Positions 14,236-25,114 of a stretch of DNA of 64,000 bases are shown piece after piece. The notes below the pieces were generated by a model that worked only from the letters and a program-made list of their open reading frames with translations, was not told the DNA's origin and did no database searches. Location: positions 3,038,001 to 3,102,000 of the forward strand of contig JASTWF010000034.1 of the NCBI GenBank assembly GCA_030390025.1, given 5' to 3'. This DNA comes from Squalus acanthias (taxonomy: Eukaryota). Every line of letters starts with the position of its first letter. Positions within the stretch are counted from its first letter, which is position 1. Both the position numbers and the translations under genes were made by a program.

Positions 14236-15276
14236 CATTATGAAGAACTGGTGTCCTAGCACCGATCCCTGCGGTATCCCACTAGTCACTGCCTGCCACT
14301 CGGAAAAGGACCCGTTTATTCCAACTCTTTGCTTCCTGTCTGCCAACCAGTTTTCTATCCAAGTCAGTACCTTACCCCCAATCCCATGTGCTTTAACTTT
14401 GCACGCTAATCTGTTATGCGGGACCTTATCGAAAGCCTTCTGAAAGTCCAAATGAACGATATCCACTGGTTCTCCCTTATCTATTCTACCAGTTACATCA
14501 TCAAAAAATTCCAGTAGATTAGTCAGGCATGATTTACCTTTTGTAAATCCATGTTGACTTTGTCCGATCCTGTCACTGTTTTCCAAGTGCTCTTCGATTA
14601 CATCTTTTATAATGGACTCTAGCATTTTCCCCAATACCGATGTCAGGCTTACCAGTCTATAATTCCCCATTTTCTCTCTACCACATTTTTTAAGTAGTGT
14701 GATTACATTAGCTACCCTCCAATCCATGGGAATTGTACCAGAATTTTGGAAGATGATCAGCAATGCATCTACTATTTCTAGGGCCACTTCCTTAAGTACC
14801 CTAGGATGTAGATTATCAGGCCCTGGGGATTTATCAGACTTCAATCCCGTCAATTTCCCGAACACAATTTCTCTGCAAATACTGATTTCATTCAGTTCCT
14901 ACCTCTCATTGGACTCTTTGTTCCCCGACATCTCTGGGAGGTTATTTGTGTCCTCCTTTGTGAAGACAGAACCAAAGTATGTATTTAATTGTTCTGCCAT
15001 TTCTTTGTTCCCCAATATAAATTCCCCTGATTCTGACTGCAAGGGACATATCCATAGAAGATTTTATAATCAGTTTTTATGTTCGCTGCTTGCTTACTCT
15101 CATACTCTATTTCCCCCCTCTTAATTAATCCCTATGTCCTCCTTTGCTGAATCCTAAACTGCTCCCAATCCTCATATTTACTTCGTTTTCTGGCCAATTT
15201 ATATGACCTCTCCTTGGACCTTATGCTATCCCGAATTTCCCTTGTTAGCCATGGTTGAGTCTCCTTTTTTGTTTTA
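14236..15276 (-). mobile_element. CR1/HER1-type LINE ORF2 fragment (3' part missing)
   Basis: KSPGPDNLHPRVLKE...NYRLVSLTS...QHGFTKGKSCLTNL...DFQKAFDKVPH...SGIPQGSVLG; cut at the H1 right TIR before the FADD motif. Confidence 0.92.
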
Positions 15277-15884
15277 TTTTTGTACGTTTCCCCGGAGCCG
15301 CCATCTTTGTGCTGGTCGCGGGTGCCGCATTTTTTTGTGCGGGGCGCGGATGCCGCCATCTTTGAGTTGGGCAGCGGAGCCGCCATCATTGACCGGAGCC
15401 CCGAAGCAGCTATCTTTGTGCGGTGCGCCGGTGCCGCCATCTTTGTGCTGGGCCCCAGAGCCGCCATCTTTGAGCGGAGACCCGGAGCCGGCATCTTTGT
15501 GCTGGGCCCCAGAGCCGACATCTTTGTGCTACACGCGAGTGCCGCCATCTTTGTGCGGGGCCCCGGAACCACCATCTTTGTGCTGGGCGCGTTGCCGCCA
15601 TCTTTGTGATGGGTGCGGCTGCCGCCATTTGTGTACGGACACCGGAGCTGCCATTTTTGTGCCGGGCCGTGGAACCGCCATTTTTGTGTGGTGCCCCGAA
15701 GCCACCAACATTGAGCTGAGCGTAGGTGCCGCCATATTTGTCCTTGGCGGTGGTGCCACCATCTTTATGCGGGGCGCCTGTGCTGCCATCTTTATGCGGG
15801 GCACCGGTGCCGCCATCTTTGTGCGGAGCCCCGGAACCGCCATCTTTGTACGGATGCGGAGATGCCGGTGTTGGACGAGAGTGG

Positions 15885-16141
15885 ACAAAAATGAGAAGTC
15901 GCACAACACCAGGTTATAGTCCAACAGATTTATTTAAAATGTGCTGTGCTCTGGTGTGTCTTTGATGTAAGGCCTCCCTGAAAGATCGTATCTCTGCAGT
16001 TTCTGTGTTTATATACTGTGTAATATTGTAGATTCACTCATTGTACCTTTACCTGACGAAGGGGTGACAGCTCCGAAAGCTTGTAATTTTAAATAAATCT
16101 GTTGGACTATAACCTGGTGTTGTACGACTTCTCATCTTTGT
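15885..16141. mobile_element. Penelope-like non-autonomous fragment with 56-bp inverted ends
   Basis: Arms 15885-15940 and 16086-16141 are reverse complements with 2 mismatches; hammerhead motif immediately inside the right arm, as in Penelope pseudo-LTR ends. Confidence 0.75.
16049..16086 (+). ncRNA. Minimal type I hammerhead ribozyme motif
   Basis: TTAC-CTGACGA-A-GGGG(TGACAG)CTCC-GAA-AGCT-T-GTAA: stem I TTAC/GTAA, CUGANGA and GAAA cores, stem II, palindromic AGCT in place of stem III. Confidence 0.75.
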
Positions 16142-16286
16142 ACGGGGCGCGGGTGACGACATCTTTGTGCGTGCCCCGTAGCCGCCATCTTTGTGATGGT
16201 CCCTGAGCGCCATCTTTGTGCGTGGGGCCAGAATATCATTGCCCAGGGAGCTCTCAAATCTCGGGCTGCAAAGTCTCCGCTTTTTC

Positions 16287-17176
16287 TCATCCTTTAATGA
16301 ATTTTACAATCAGAGTAAAGGGATATTTCAACTGCTCTCTGAACTTAGTCTGGGTCACGGCATAAATCCCAGTGTTTGTGCAGCAACTCAGCAGCTGGAG
16401 CATGAATCCCAGTTCCAGTACATAACTAGGTAGAAGTACAGACCGATACCCCAACCACCACATGCGGTACCATATGGAATACAGCATAAACACTGCCCAT
16501 AACAGGCTGAAATTGCTGGAGATAACAAGCAGTAAAATGATGGATTTCCTGCGGCTCTCCATCTCTGGGTCTCTGTGACTCTCCCCATTGCTGGGACCCC
16601 GGAGTCTCCTGCGGGCTCTGCTGGCCACTAAAATGTGTCTGACGGTGACAGCATTGAGCAGCAGAATCACAACAAATGGGACACACGGGGTGAGAATATA
16701 ATGAAGGAACTCGATTGGTCCCCAGACCCGTGAATACAGAACATCCATTGTGACATCACAAAACCAGGGGCTGTTCGCAAGCCAATACCGATCTGTGAAC
16801 ATAAAATACCAGATGATGTTCTTTAAACCACTCAGCACAGTCACTGTACCCAAAACCACAGCCGCCATTTTCTCGGTGCAATATTTAGTTTTCAGCTTCT
16901 GGCAACAAATGGCCACAAATCGATCAAAGGTGAAAGTGACAGTGAACCAGACAGAACAGTCTGTGGCTGCGAACAGCAGGCCGGCGTGGATATTACACAC
17001 GCGGATAAACACCAGGAAGATAAACTGTCCCCAGTAAACAATCGGAATGTGCCTCAATATAAGGTCGAGGATAACGACCAGTAGATCCGCCGCTGCCATG
17101 GCCACCAGGTAGCGAGTCACACATTTGGAGAGACCACACTTTCCCCGAGACAGGATCCCAATCGTCACTAAGTTAA
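16287..17176 (-). CDS. Class A GPCR, GPR139/GPR142-like expansion family; main (7TM) coding exon
   Basis: Open frame NLVTIGILSRGKCGLSKC...YLVAMAAADLLV...FTFDRFVAIC...NTGIYAVTQTKFREQL; polypyrimidine + CAG acceptor (cttcccttccacacag) ending at 17177; needs a phase-1 upstream exon. Confidence 0.93.
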
Positions 17177-18489
17177 CTGTGTGGAAGGGAAGTAAACAGA
17201 AATTAAACATCAGGCTGGGAGCAAAAGCAGCAGTTTGATGGCATTCGGGCTGAAATCCGCAACTCATTATAGACATTCAATGATATAATCTAATTATTTT
17301 ACCTGTGGAGCTGAATAAAGTGTTTATTGTAAGTATAATCGGAAATACATTGTGGAATCAATAAATTAAATGGGAATAAATACAAGATAAAAGTAACAGA
17401 TGTTTGATCAAGGAGAGATTAAATGATCAATCTACCTTTAGCCCAGCAGACAAAAGCACCGCCCGAGGTACCAGGGGCACAAATGACCAGAACCTTTCAG
17501 GAAGCCTTCGTGTCCCGGGATCTGTCAGCATTTGGAGCGGTGCAAGTCGCTTCTGTGCCCCTGTGTTAGGGAGGGTTAAATCCCGATTGGATTCCTGCTC
17601 TTGGTTAGAATATCAATTATCTTTGAACTGAAAATGAATGCAGCAGCAAAATACAGAAACTGTAACCTTGGCATGCAATAATTAAAGGCAATTGTATGTA
17701 AAATGTACGTGTGTAATACGACAATGCTAAGATAATAAATACAAGTGCACTGCAGTTATAAATATAACTGGGCTATCAGATATGTTTTGAAGATTGAGTT
17801 TTCTGCATTTTTTTGAAATACACAAATTGTAGCTCATTGAAAGGAAGATTTGTCAAATAACACTGCAAATAATGGACTCTGAATTAAAGTAAATCGTGAT
17901 GATTGACCAGGTAATGTCCCACTAAATGCATTTATCAGTATCGAAATCAGACGACTTATCCCACAGGCAAAGTGCCATCGAATGCTTTTGCAAAATACCT
18001 GAACACAAATGGAAGAGAATTATCCTTTTACTTTTTCAACTGTTGTTTCCAACTTGTGCAGAGAATATTAGACGAGAAGATATCAAAGTATTTTCGTATC
18101 CTCAGTACTTCAGTTACAATCAGCTGGGGTTGTTTATCCTGAAGTACAGCAGGAATAGAGAATCACTATGGGTCTCACTGAGAGATCCACTGAAACGTGC
18201 CAGACGGTCATGGGATCCAATTGTGAATTCAAAACAATGATTGGAAATAAATGTATTGAACTCTGGCTGAATGATCATTTTATGAGTGTATAAATTATCC
18301 TTGTAATCCTACTTTTCCCTTCAGAAGCAGTGCTTACTAATGCAGAACTGTAGAGGTTGGGAAAGGAGACACTGACTGGAACTGAATGATTAGCAGATAT
18401 TTCAGTCAATTAAAGATGTGGATGTGATCTGCCAGGATTTCTTCCTGTGATTCTGTAAGTAACCATACCGAGCATTAGGTGAAAAGAAA

Positions 18490-18612
18490 CGCAAAATACT
18501 GCGGATACTGAAAATCTGAAATTAAAACATAAAATGGTGGAAATAATCAGCGGGTCAGGCAGCATCTGTGGAGAGAGAGAGAAACAGAGTTAACGTTTCA
18601 GGTCGATGACCT
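18490..18612 (-). mobile_element. Penelope-like terminal fragment (hammerhead truncated)
   Basis: Same sequence as arm 32322-32440; has stem II/GAAACGTTAAC but lacks the CTGA core. Confidence 0.75.
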
Positions 18613-19328
18613 TTGGCCATTAGGTGAAAAAAGTCTCCTAAACCAAGACAGCATTCTTCTGATCTGATACTAATGTTCAGTGTCGGTAGCAGACTGAAAT
18701 TCGTTAAACAAAGTGTCACCTCCAATAAATTTACTTAAGTTTAATATCGTCACATTTGCATCCTGGTAACACGATATCAGCTTCAGAATCAATAGCTGAC
18801 AGCACTGCGGATGTGATGGGGAAGGACAAAGAGAGAAACACGGTTAAACATGCGCGGTAAAGTCGGTTGGTTAGTGCCTCCCCTTAGCGACTTTGGGGCT
18901 GCTAATGAGACGCTAGATACTTAGATCCCGAGCGCAGCTATTTTAGCTCTGCTCGCGAAATTGGCCAGTTGTTTTGCAGCGGCGCTACAGACTACCGCCA
19001 AGATCTCCTGCGCCCGCAGATCGTGACATAATGCCAGCGTGCATCGCCCCGGCCCGGATATTGAGTTGCGTCCCCTGCCTTTCCGCCTGCCGTCGGAACG
19101 ACAGGTAGAGGGGAACGTTTTCAAGTCGGGAAGTGGCTGGGGGAGCGCTATTTAAAGGCGGCCGGTTCCTGCCTTTTCTTGTCGGCAAAATGTTTGGTAC
19201 ACGCAGGTTGAGAGGGCGAGAGACGTCTGCAGAGATTTGACGCTGACCGAAAGAATTTTGGTTCCTGAGAACCACTTTGGAGGCTCATATTTATTTCACC
19301 TTCCTTCTAACGATATTTAGAAGCTTCG

Positions 19329-20480
19329 ATGGGGCTGCGCTAACTCGGGGCGTCGTCGTCCAGCTTCACCTTCGGAGGGAGCAGACGTGCAGAGAGAGAG
19401 TGGCAAACGTGGCCAGAAGGAGGAGGGACATCAGGCCTCGGCACAGGAGACCTTCCCCTCTCAAGGCATTCAGCGAGTAATTCTCATCCTATATCCATTT
19501 GTCTGAGGAGCAGTGTTTTCAATGGCTGCGTTTCAGCAAGTAGGTGCTCACTGACCTCTGCCACCTCTTGCAACCAGATCTGCAGCTTCAGCTCAGGACC
19601 AGGACATCTCTGTCGGTGGCAGTAACGGTGACAGTGGCTCTGAATTTCTAAGTCAGCGGCTCCTTTCAGGCTTCTACTGTGGACATAGCGAATATCTCAC
19701 AGTTCGCTGTTTATTGTTGCATCCAGGAGGTGACAAAGGCTTTGTAGAAGAGGAGACGCCAGTACATCTCTCCTCATGGCACAGGACAAACAGCACAAAC
19801 GCGCATGTGGCTTTGCAAGGATAGTGGGCTTCCCCATGGTTCAGGGCACCATTGAATGCAAGCATATGGCATTTGGGACACCTCATGAAAATGCAGAGGT
19901 CTTCCAAAACCACAAGGGCTTCCACTCTCTGAATATCAAGTTGGTGTGTGACCACAGACAGCTCATACTCACCAGCAATGCCCGCTATCCTGGCCGCAGC
20001 CACAATGATTTATCCTGCGGCAGATCAGTGGCGCATACCTTTTCCAACCACCGCATCAACCTCGTGGATGTCTCCTCGGGGACAAGGGTTGTCCACTCTG
20101 CACCTGGCTGATGACACAGATCCATAACTCGAACACCCCTGCCTAGCTGCAATACAGTGAGAGCCGAAGCGCAACCAGGAACCTCATAGAGCAGACGATC
20201 GGGGTCTTGAAACAACGGTTCCGGTGTCTTGACCAGTCAGGGGGAGCCCTGCAGTTCTCTCCCGAGCGAGTCTCCCTCTTCATTGATGTGTGCTGCATGC
20301 TTCATATCATTGCAATCATGAGGACTCAGCCATTGCCACCAGGGATTGGTGCAACACCTGAGGAGGAGGAGGAAGAGAGAGAGGAGGACCAGCAGCACCA
20401 ACGAGGGAGGGAGGCGCACAATGTTGCCACTGAAAGGGCCGTCCGTGAATGGCTCATACGACACCGATTCTATTCCCTTA
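19329..20480 (+). pseudogene. Harbinger transposase pseudogene (H2)
   Basis: LSEEQCFQWLRFSK*, VALNF*VSGSFQA, GFPMVQGTIECKHM, NHKGFHSLNIKLVCD, GDKG, KQRFRCLDQSGGALQFSPERV, CCMLH; multiple stops and frameshifts. Confidence 0.9.
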
Positions 20481-20724
20481 CTGAGAAGATGGCTTCTGGG
20501 ATGAAAAAGCACATAATTGAAAGCATCCCGCACCCCCTATTGCCGGGCAAAGCTGCAATAAGTCAAATCAGGAAAGATGTAAAGTAACAATAAAAAAAAA
20601 GTTTATGTTACAAACTCTGTCATTTATGCAGGACAAACAATTAGAAACAAACCCATCAATTAATGAAGTAACTAAACTCGTTGTCACAACATGGAGATAA
20701 ACGGCAAAACTGTTAACAAATGTT

Positions 20725-21484
20725 GGGCCAGAAATTCGGCTTTCTGGCTTCCTGCGGTTGTAAGCATCGCACGGGTACTTGCCGACCACGCCTGCAGTTG
20801 TGCTTTGTGCCCACGACGACTTCGGGTCCTGGGCCTCCTGCAGCTGCCGGCGCGCAGTGCTTGCGTATCCCAGGGGCACAGTTAGTTCGAAGCGTCCCCT
20901 GGGATCACGTGGGCCAAGGCGAGCCAATCCTAGAAGGGCATTTTCATTCATAGATTTGACAAGACCTGTCAAATCTATGAATAGAGTTCGGCCCCAAAAC
21001 CACATTTAAACTTTAAATAAATTTTTAAAAAACATCACATTTTTAATATAACTATATGTTACATGAATTAACTACTTTAAACAAAAATGTAAATTTTTGA
21101 AATAATGTATTATACTTTTTAACGTTGCTAAAAATAAACTTACCTTTCTTTAAAGTATCTAAAAAAGCTAAACCTGTTGAAAAAATGTTTAAATTGTAGT
21201 TAATTTACCATTTACCTTGTTAAAAACGGGCCATGCGCCTCCTTTTTAAAAGTGCAGCTTTTCCATACCTACCCTCCCGGAGAAACCTGAAGAAAACCCC
21301 AAGGTTCGCTGCGTGTGCGCAGCCTCTGCCGCGCATGCGTTCGACTTCTGAACCCCTCCCTTCAGGGGAATGGAAGGTCCGGTTTCCCGCGCATGCGCAG
21401 TGCATGCAGGAAATCGCCACTTCAGGGGCCTGACGGGTGAGTACACAGCGCGTACTCACCCGACAAGAGCCGAATTTCTAACTC
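20725..21484 (-). mobile_element. Harbinger MITE (H1-related ends), nested in H2
   Basis: TIR GGGCCAGAAATTCGGC / degenerate GCCGAATTTCTAACTC; colinear with 24326-25080; no clean TSD. Confidence 0.85.
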
Positions 21485-21541
21485 ATAATAACAACAACCT
21501 GGAACTTTCCCACAAACATTCCACCGATTTATTGACAGATT

Positions 21542-23898
21542 CTACTTTTGGTCCTTCGAGGGTGACCTCCATCCCTTGCGCACTTCCCACCTTCCTACCT
21601 TACTGTTCCTCCTAATGTGGCCATAGTGGCTGCAGCAAGGCTGGTGGAAGGTTGCTGAATGCTGGATCCAGAGATTGCCTTGAAGGTCGCCTTCGACCAG
21701 CTCTGGGCCTGGAAGGCCGGCTGCAGACTGAACCAACGCTGCAAAGGCGGCAGCAGTCTGGGCTGGCTGTGTTGCAGGCCTTGCCAAGTGCAATGGGGAA
21801 GTGGCAGTGGTGGGAGCAGGAATGCTGCAATCCTGAGAGAGGACAGCACCTTCCTGCTCGACCATCACACTGCTACTCCCCCGGGGCAGAACCATAGCAT
21901 CCGGAGCAATCTGCTCGAGCAGAGATTGGTGGCCTGCTGCAGTACCTTGAGATCCCCGAGGGACTGTGGACGACCCAGCGAGGATGGCAGCAGTCGGCGC
22001 TTGAAAGACAACAATCTGAGACTGCATGAGAGCAGTCTGATACTGGATGGCACCAGCCAATGTCTCAATTGAAGCACTAAGACATTGCATTGCATCGGCC
22101 TGTGCTGCATTGAATCCTGCCTCCTCACACATTATACGCGACATGGGCTCTGGTTCCCCACAGTCTCCCTGCAGTATAAACATCCTCTGCAACGAGGCAA
22201 GGATGGGTTGAAGGGTTTTCACACAAATGAGAGCTGTGCTAATGGTGGACTCCACCACAAACATAGGCAGACCATCCATGCTGTCGGCCACCCTTGCTAT
22301 TGCACCTATCAGATCAGTGTGTATGCTCAATGCCTGTCTATTCATGGCCGCTGTATCGAGGTCCTCATCCGAGTCCTGTACAGCAGAACTCATGCACCTT
22401 CTCACCCACTGGGGAGATAGCTCCCGAGTTTCCCTATCCCCGTGACATTGCTGCAGCCCACTGGGTCCATGAGCTTCGCCCTCATCAGACCCTAACACGC
22501 TGCTCCCCTACAGGGAAGGAGTGGCACCAATGTCTGATGTGTCACCCTCGGGACACGCAGGCGGTGAGGCTCCGGCTTCCTCTTCCTCCTCGTCTGTCGC
22601 ATCGCTGCCACTGGCCGGCTGAGGGACAGGCTGGTCAGCTGGTGGTTCACCACCGGTCCACCTCCCTTGCATTGCTGCTCCCGTCTGTTATGACAGAGCT
22701 TGGACTGCAAGAAAAAGGACAGCGTGTGAGTGAGTTTACAGACATGTGTTTGGCAGATGTTCCTACCATAGTTAATTAGCCGTTATTGTGTGCAGCCATG
22801 TGTTTGGCAGATGTGTCTACCATAGTTGAATAGCCGTTACTGTGTGCAGCCATGCGTTTGGCAAATGTGCCTACTGACATGAATCATTTCATTCATGTGG
22901 AAATGACTTATGAAGTAATACTGGGCGGTCTGCTGGTGGCGCTGTCCAGAGAGAGTATAAATACACGGGCATGGGCCCAGCTTGCTCAGGACATTCCTTA
23001 ACAGGAACTAGGTAAGGCCACAACTAGATCTCCATGTTGAAAAACAGTTGATTGAAGCTTTGTTTAACGCTTAGACCAATTGCCTAGTAGTTTTCTTACG
23101 TCACCTACCACAGTTGAATTGCTGGTATTGTGTGCAGCCCTGTGTTTGGCAGATGTACCTACTACAACTGAATAGCTGTTATTGTGTGCAGCCCTGTGTT
23201 TGGCAGATGTGCCGACCATAGCTGAATAGACGTTATTGTGCGCAGCCATGTGTTTGGCAGATGCACCAACAGAGTTGAATAGCATTTACTGTGTGCAGCT
23301 ATGTGCTCATCAGATGTGCCTACCACAGTGGAATAGCCGTTATAGTGTGCAGCCACGTGTTTAGCAGATGTGCCTACCATAATTGAATAGATGTTATTGT
23401 GTGCAGACATGTGTTTGGCAGATGTGCCTACCATAGTTGAATAGCCGTTACGTTGTGCAGCCATGTGTTTAGCATATGTGCCTACCATAGTTGAATAACC
23501 GTTATTGTGTGCAGCCCTGTGTTTGGCAGATGTGTCTCCCGTAGTTGAATAGCCGTTTTTTGTGTGCAAGGTGTTATGCAGTGGCCATAGTTCTTGGATG
23601 AGTGTTGGGCATTTGGGTTTGTAAACCCTCTGCGCACAGAGTGAATTTAAGATGGAGGGTTGTAGAGGTAATGAAAAGCAGGTACTCACCCTGACCACCC
23701 GAAAAAGGTCGTTGAACTTCTTCTGACATTGGGTGTGGGTCCTCGGCACCAAGCTCCTTGTGGAGACGTACTGAGCCACCTCCCTCCACACCTGTCTAAC
23801 ATCCCTGGGCAATGGCGTCCTGCCACTCTCAGGGAACAGCACTGCCCATCGCCGTTCCACAGCGCCAACCAGAGCCACCAAAGCGCCCAGCTCATTCT
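21542..23898 (-). pseudogene. Harbinger Myb/SANT-like gene of H2 (5' truncated; exon ~23898-23690, next exon from 22704)
   Basis: ELGALVALVGAVERRWAVLFP...WREVAQYVSTRSLVPRTHTQCQKKFNDLFRVVR|GTGAGT; acceptor TTGCAG|SKLCHNRREQQCKGGG; low-complexity C-terminal ORF 21542-22498. Confidence 0.85.
22741..23567. repeat. 54-bp minisatellite in the H2 Myb intron
   Basis: Unit GCAGATGTGCCTACCATAGTTGAATAGCCGTTATTGTGTGCAGCCATGTGTTTG; 18-aa periodic ORF; interrupted by unique sequence ~22875-23100. Confidence 0.92.
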
Positions 23899-23946
23899 TT
23901 GAGCTTCTCCATTACTTAGAATTAATAACTTAACATAGATCATTAC

Positions 23947-24037
23947 TAGGAACACCAACAGCAATGAGATGGGGATAGTAGATATTTTGTTTATCATAAC
24001 ATATTCCTAATATCCTAAACTCTTCAAGCCAATCCAT
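23947..24037 (-). CDS. GPCR candidate first exon A (proximal)
   Basis: ATG 24037: MDWLEEFRILGICYDKQNIYYPHLIAVGVP + 1 nt, donor CTA|GTAATG (weak); 91 nt, phase 1, in frame with exon 16287-17176 (326 aa). Not in the ORF track. Confidence 0.7.
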
Positions 24038-24077
24038 GCCTTCCCTTCTGTGAGTGTCTGGTGGAATTTGTCCTGGA

Positions 24078-24208
24078 GGCAGCGCGCTGACTGTGTGAGG
24101 TGACACAGTAAAGGGAGCTCCTTATTTAGAGCAGAGGGAAATAACCGAGTGACATCATTAGGCCTCACTGTAACAGGCATTAATTACAGTCTTTGAACAT
24201 ACAGACTC
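24078..24208 (-). promoter_or_regulatory. Putative promoter of exon A, paralogous to 42362-42495
   Basis: Shared blocks on + strand: GGAGG..GCGCT.ACT, GGAG..CCTTATT.A.AG.AGAGGGAAA, CATTAATTACAGTC. Confidence 0.6.
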
Positions 24209-24325
24209 ATTGAACCATTGTCACAACCAGACTTTACCGCGACACAATCTAGCTCACCTTATTGCACACAGTTTTAAATTAAAAGTGAGCTAGTACGCAA
24301 TATTTCAACCGGCCATAAACATAAT

Positions 24326-25080
24326 GGCCCAGAAATTCGCCTCTCCGGTTTACCGCGGGGGTAAGGATCGTGCGCACACTTACCTACCGCGTCTGCCGTT
24401 CTGCTTCTGGCCCGACGGGGACGTCAGCTCCTGGGCCTGCCCAACTGCCGGCGCACAGTGCTTGTGTGTCTCAGGGGCGTAGTTAGTGCGATGCGTCCCC
24501 TTGGATCACGTGGGCTATGGAGAGCCAATGGCAGCAGACCATCTTTCATTCATAGATTTGACAGGAAGACCTGTTAAATCTATGAATTGAAATCGGCCCC
24601 AAAACAACAGCTAAACTTCAAATAATTTTTTAAAAATCCATCACATTTTTAAATTAACTATAAGTTAAATAAATTAACTACTTTAAACAAAAATTTTTGA
24701 AAAACTTTAAATACTTTTTAATAGTGCTAAAAATAAACCTCCCTTTCTTTAATGTATCTAAAAAGATAAACCTGTTGAATGTTTTTAAAATTATAGTTAA
24801 TTAACCATTACCTTGCTGAAAACGGGTCTTGCACCTCCTTTTTAAAAGCGCAGGTTCTTCAATACTTACCCTCCCAGGGAAACCTGAAAAAAACCCTAGT
24901 TTGCTGCGTGTGCGCAGCCTCTACCGCGCACGCGGTTCACCTCTGAACCGCTCCCTTCACGAGACCGGAAGTTGCGGTTTCCCGCGAATCCGCAGTGCAT
25001 GCAGGAAACCGGCACTTCAGGAGGCCTGACGGGTGAGTAAACAGTGGGTACTCACCCGGCAAGTGCCGAATTTTTGGCCC
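24326..25080 (-). mobile_element. Harbinger MITE (755 bp) with AAT TSD
   Basis: TIRs GGCCCAGAAATTCG / CGAATTTTTGGCCC, AAT at 24323-24325 and 25081-25083; left end shares CCGCGGGGGTAAGGATC with the reverse complement of the H1 right end; right end matches the reverse complement of the H1 left end. Confidence 0.92.
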
Positions 25081-25114
25081 AATAATATTAAGAATTAGGA
25101 GCAGGAGTAGAAAT

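Larger units (their letters stand above)
15285..16228. repeat. 27-bp GC/CpG-rich minisatellite with GCCGCCATCTTT core
   Basis: About 24 units of GCCGCCATCTTTGTGCGGGGCCCCGGA; 9-aa periodic ORFs (PPSLCGAPE); interrupted at 15885-16141. Confidence 0.93.
18850..23900 (+). mobile_element. Second, decayed PIF/Harbinger transposon (H2); right end lost, left end approximate
   Basis: CpG-rich subterminal region, broken transposase (+), convergent spliced Myb gene (-). No TIR pair identified. Confidence 0.8.

Noticed and set aside
15132..15965. Overlapping 100-240 aa ORFs
   Set aside because: Produced by a stop-free 27-bp GC-rich repeat.
16287..17176. Orthologue of GPR139 itself
   Set aside because: Resembles the lineage-expanded GPR139-like family; orthology cannot be shown without a phylogeny.
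17177..17276. N-terminus of ORF-track protein (MSIMSCGFQ...) as true receptor start
   Set aside because: Overlaps a strong acceptor and lacks the IYYP...GVP first half of TM1 supplied by the upstream exons.
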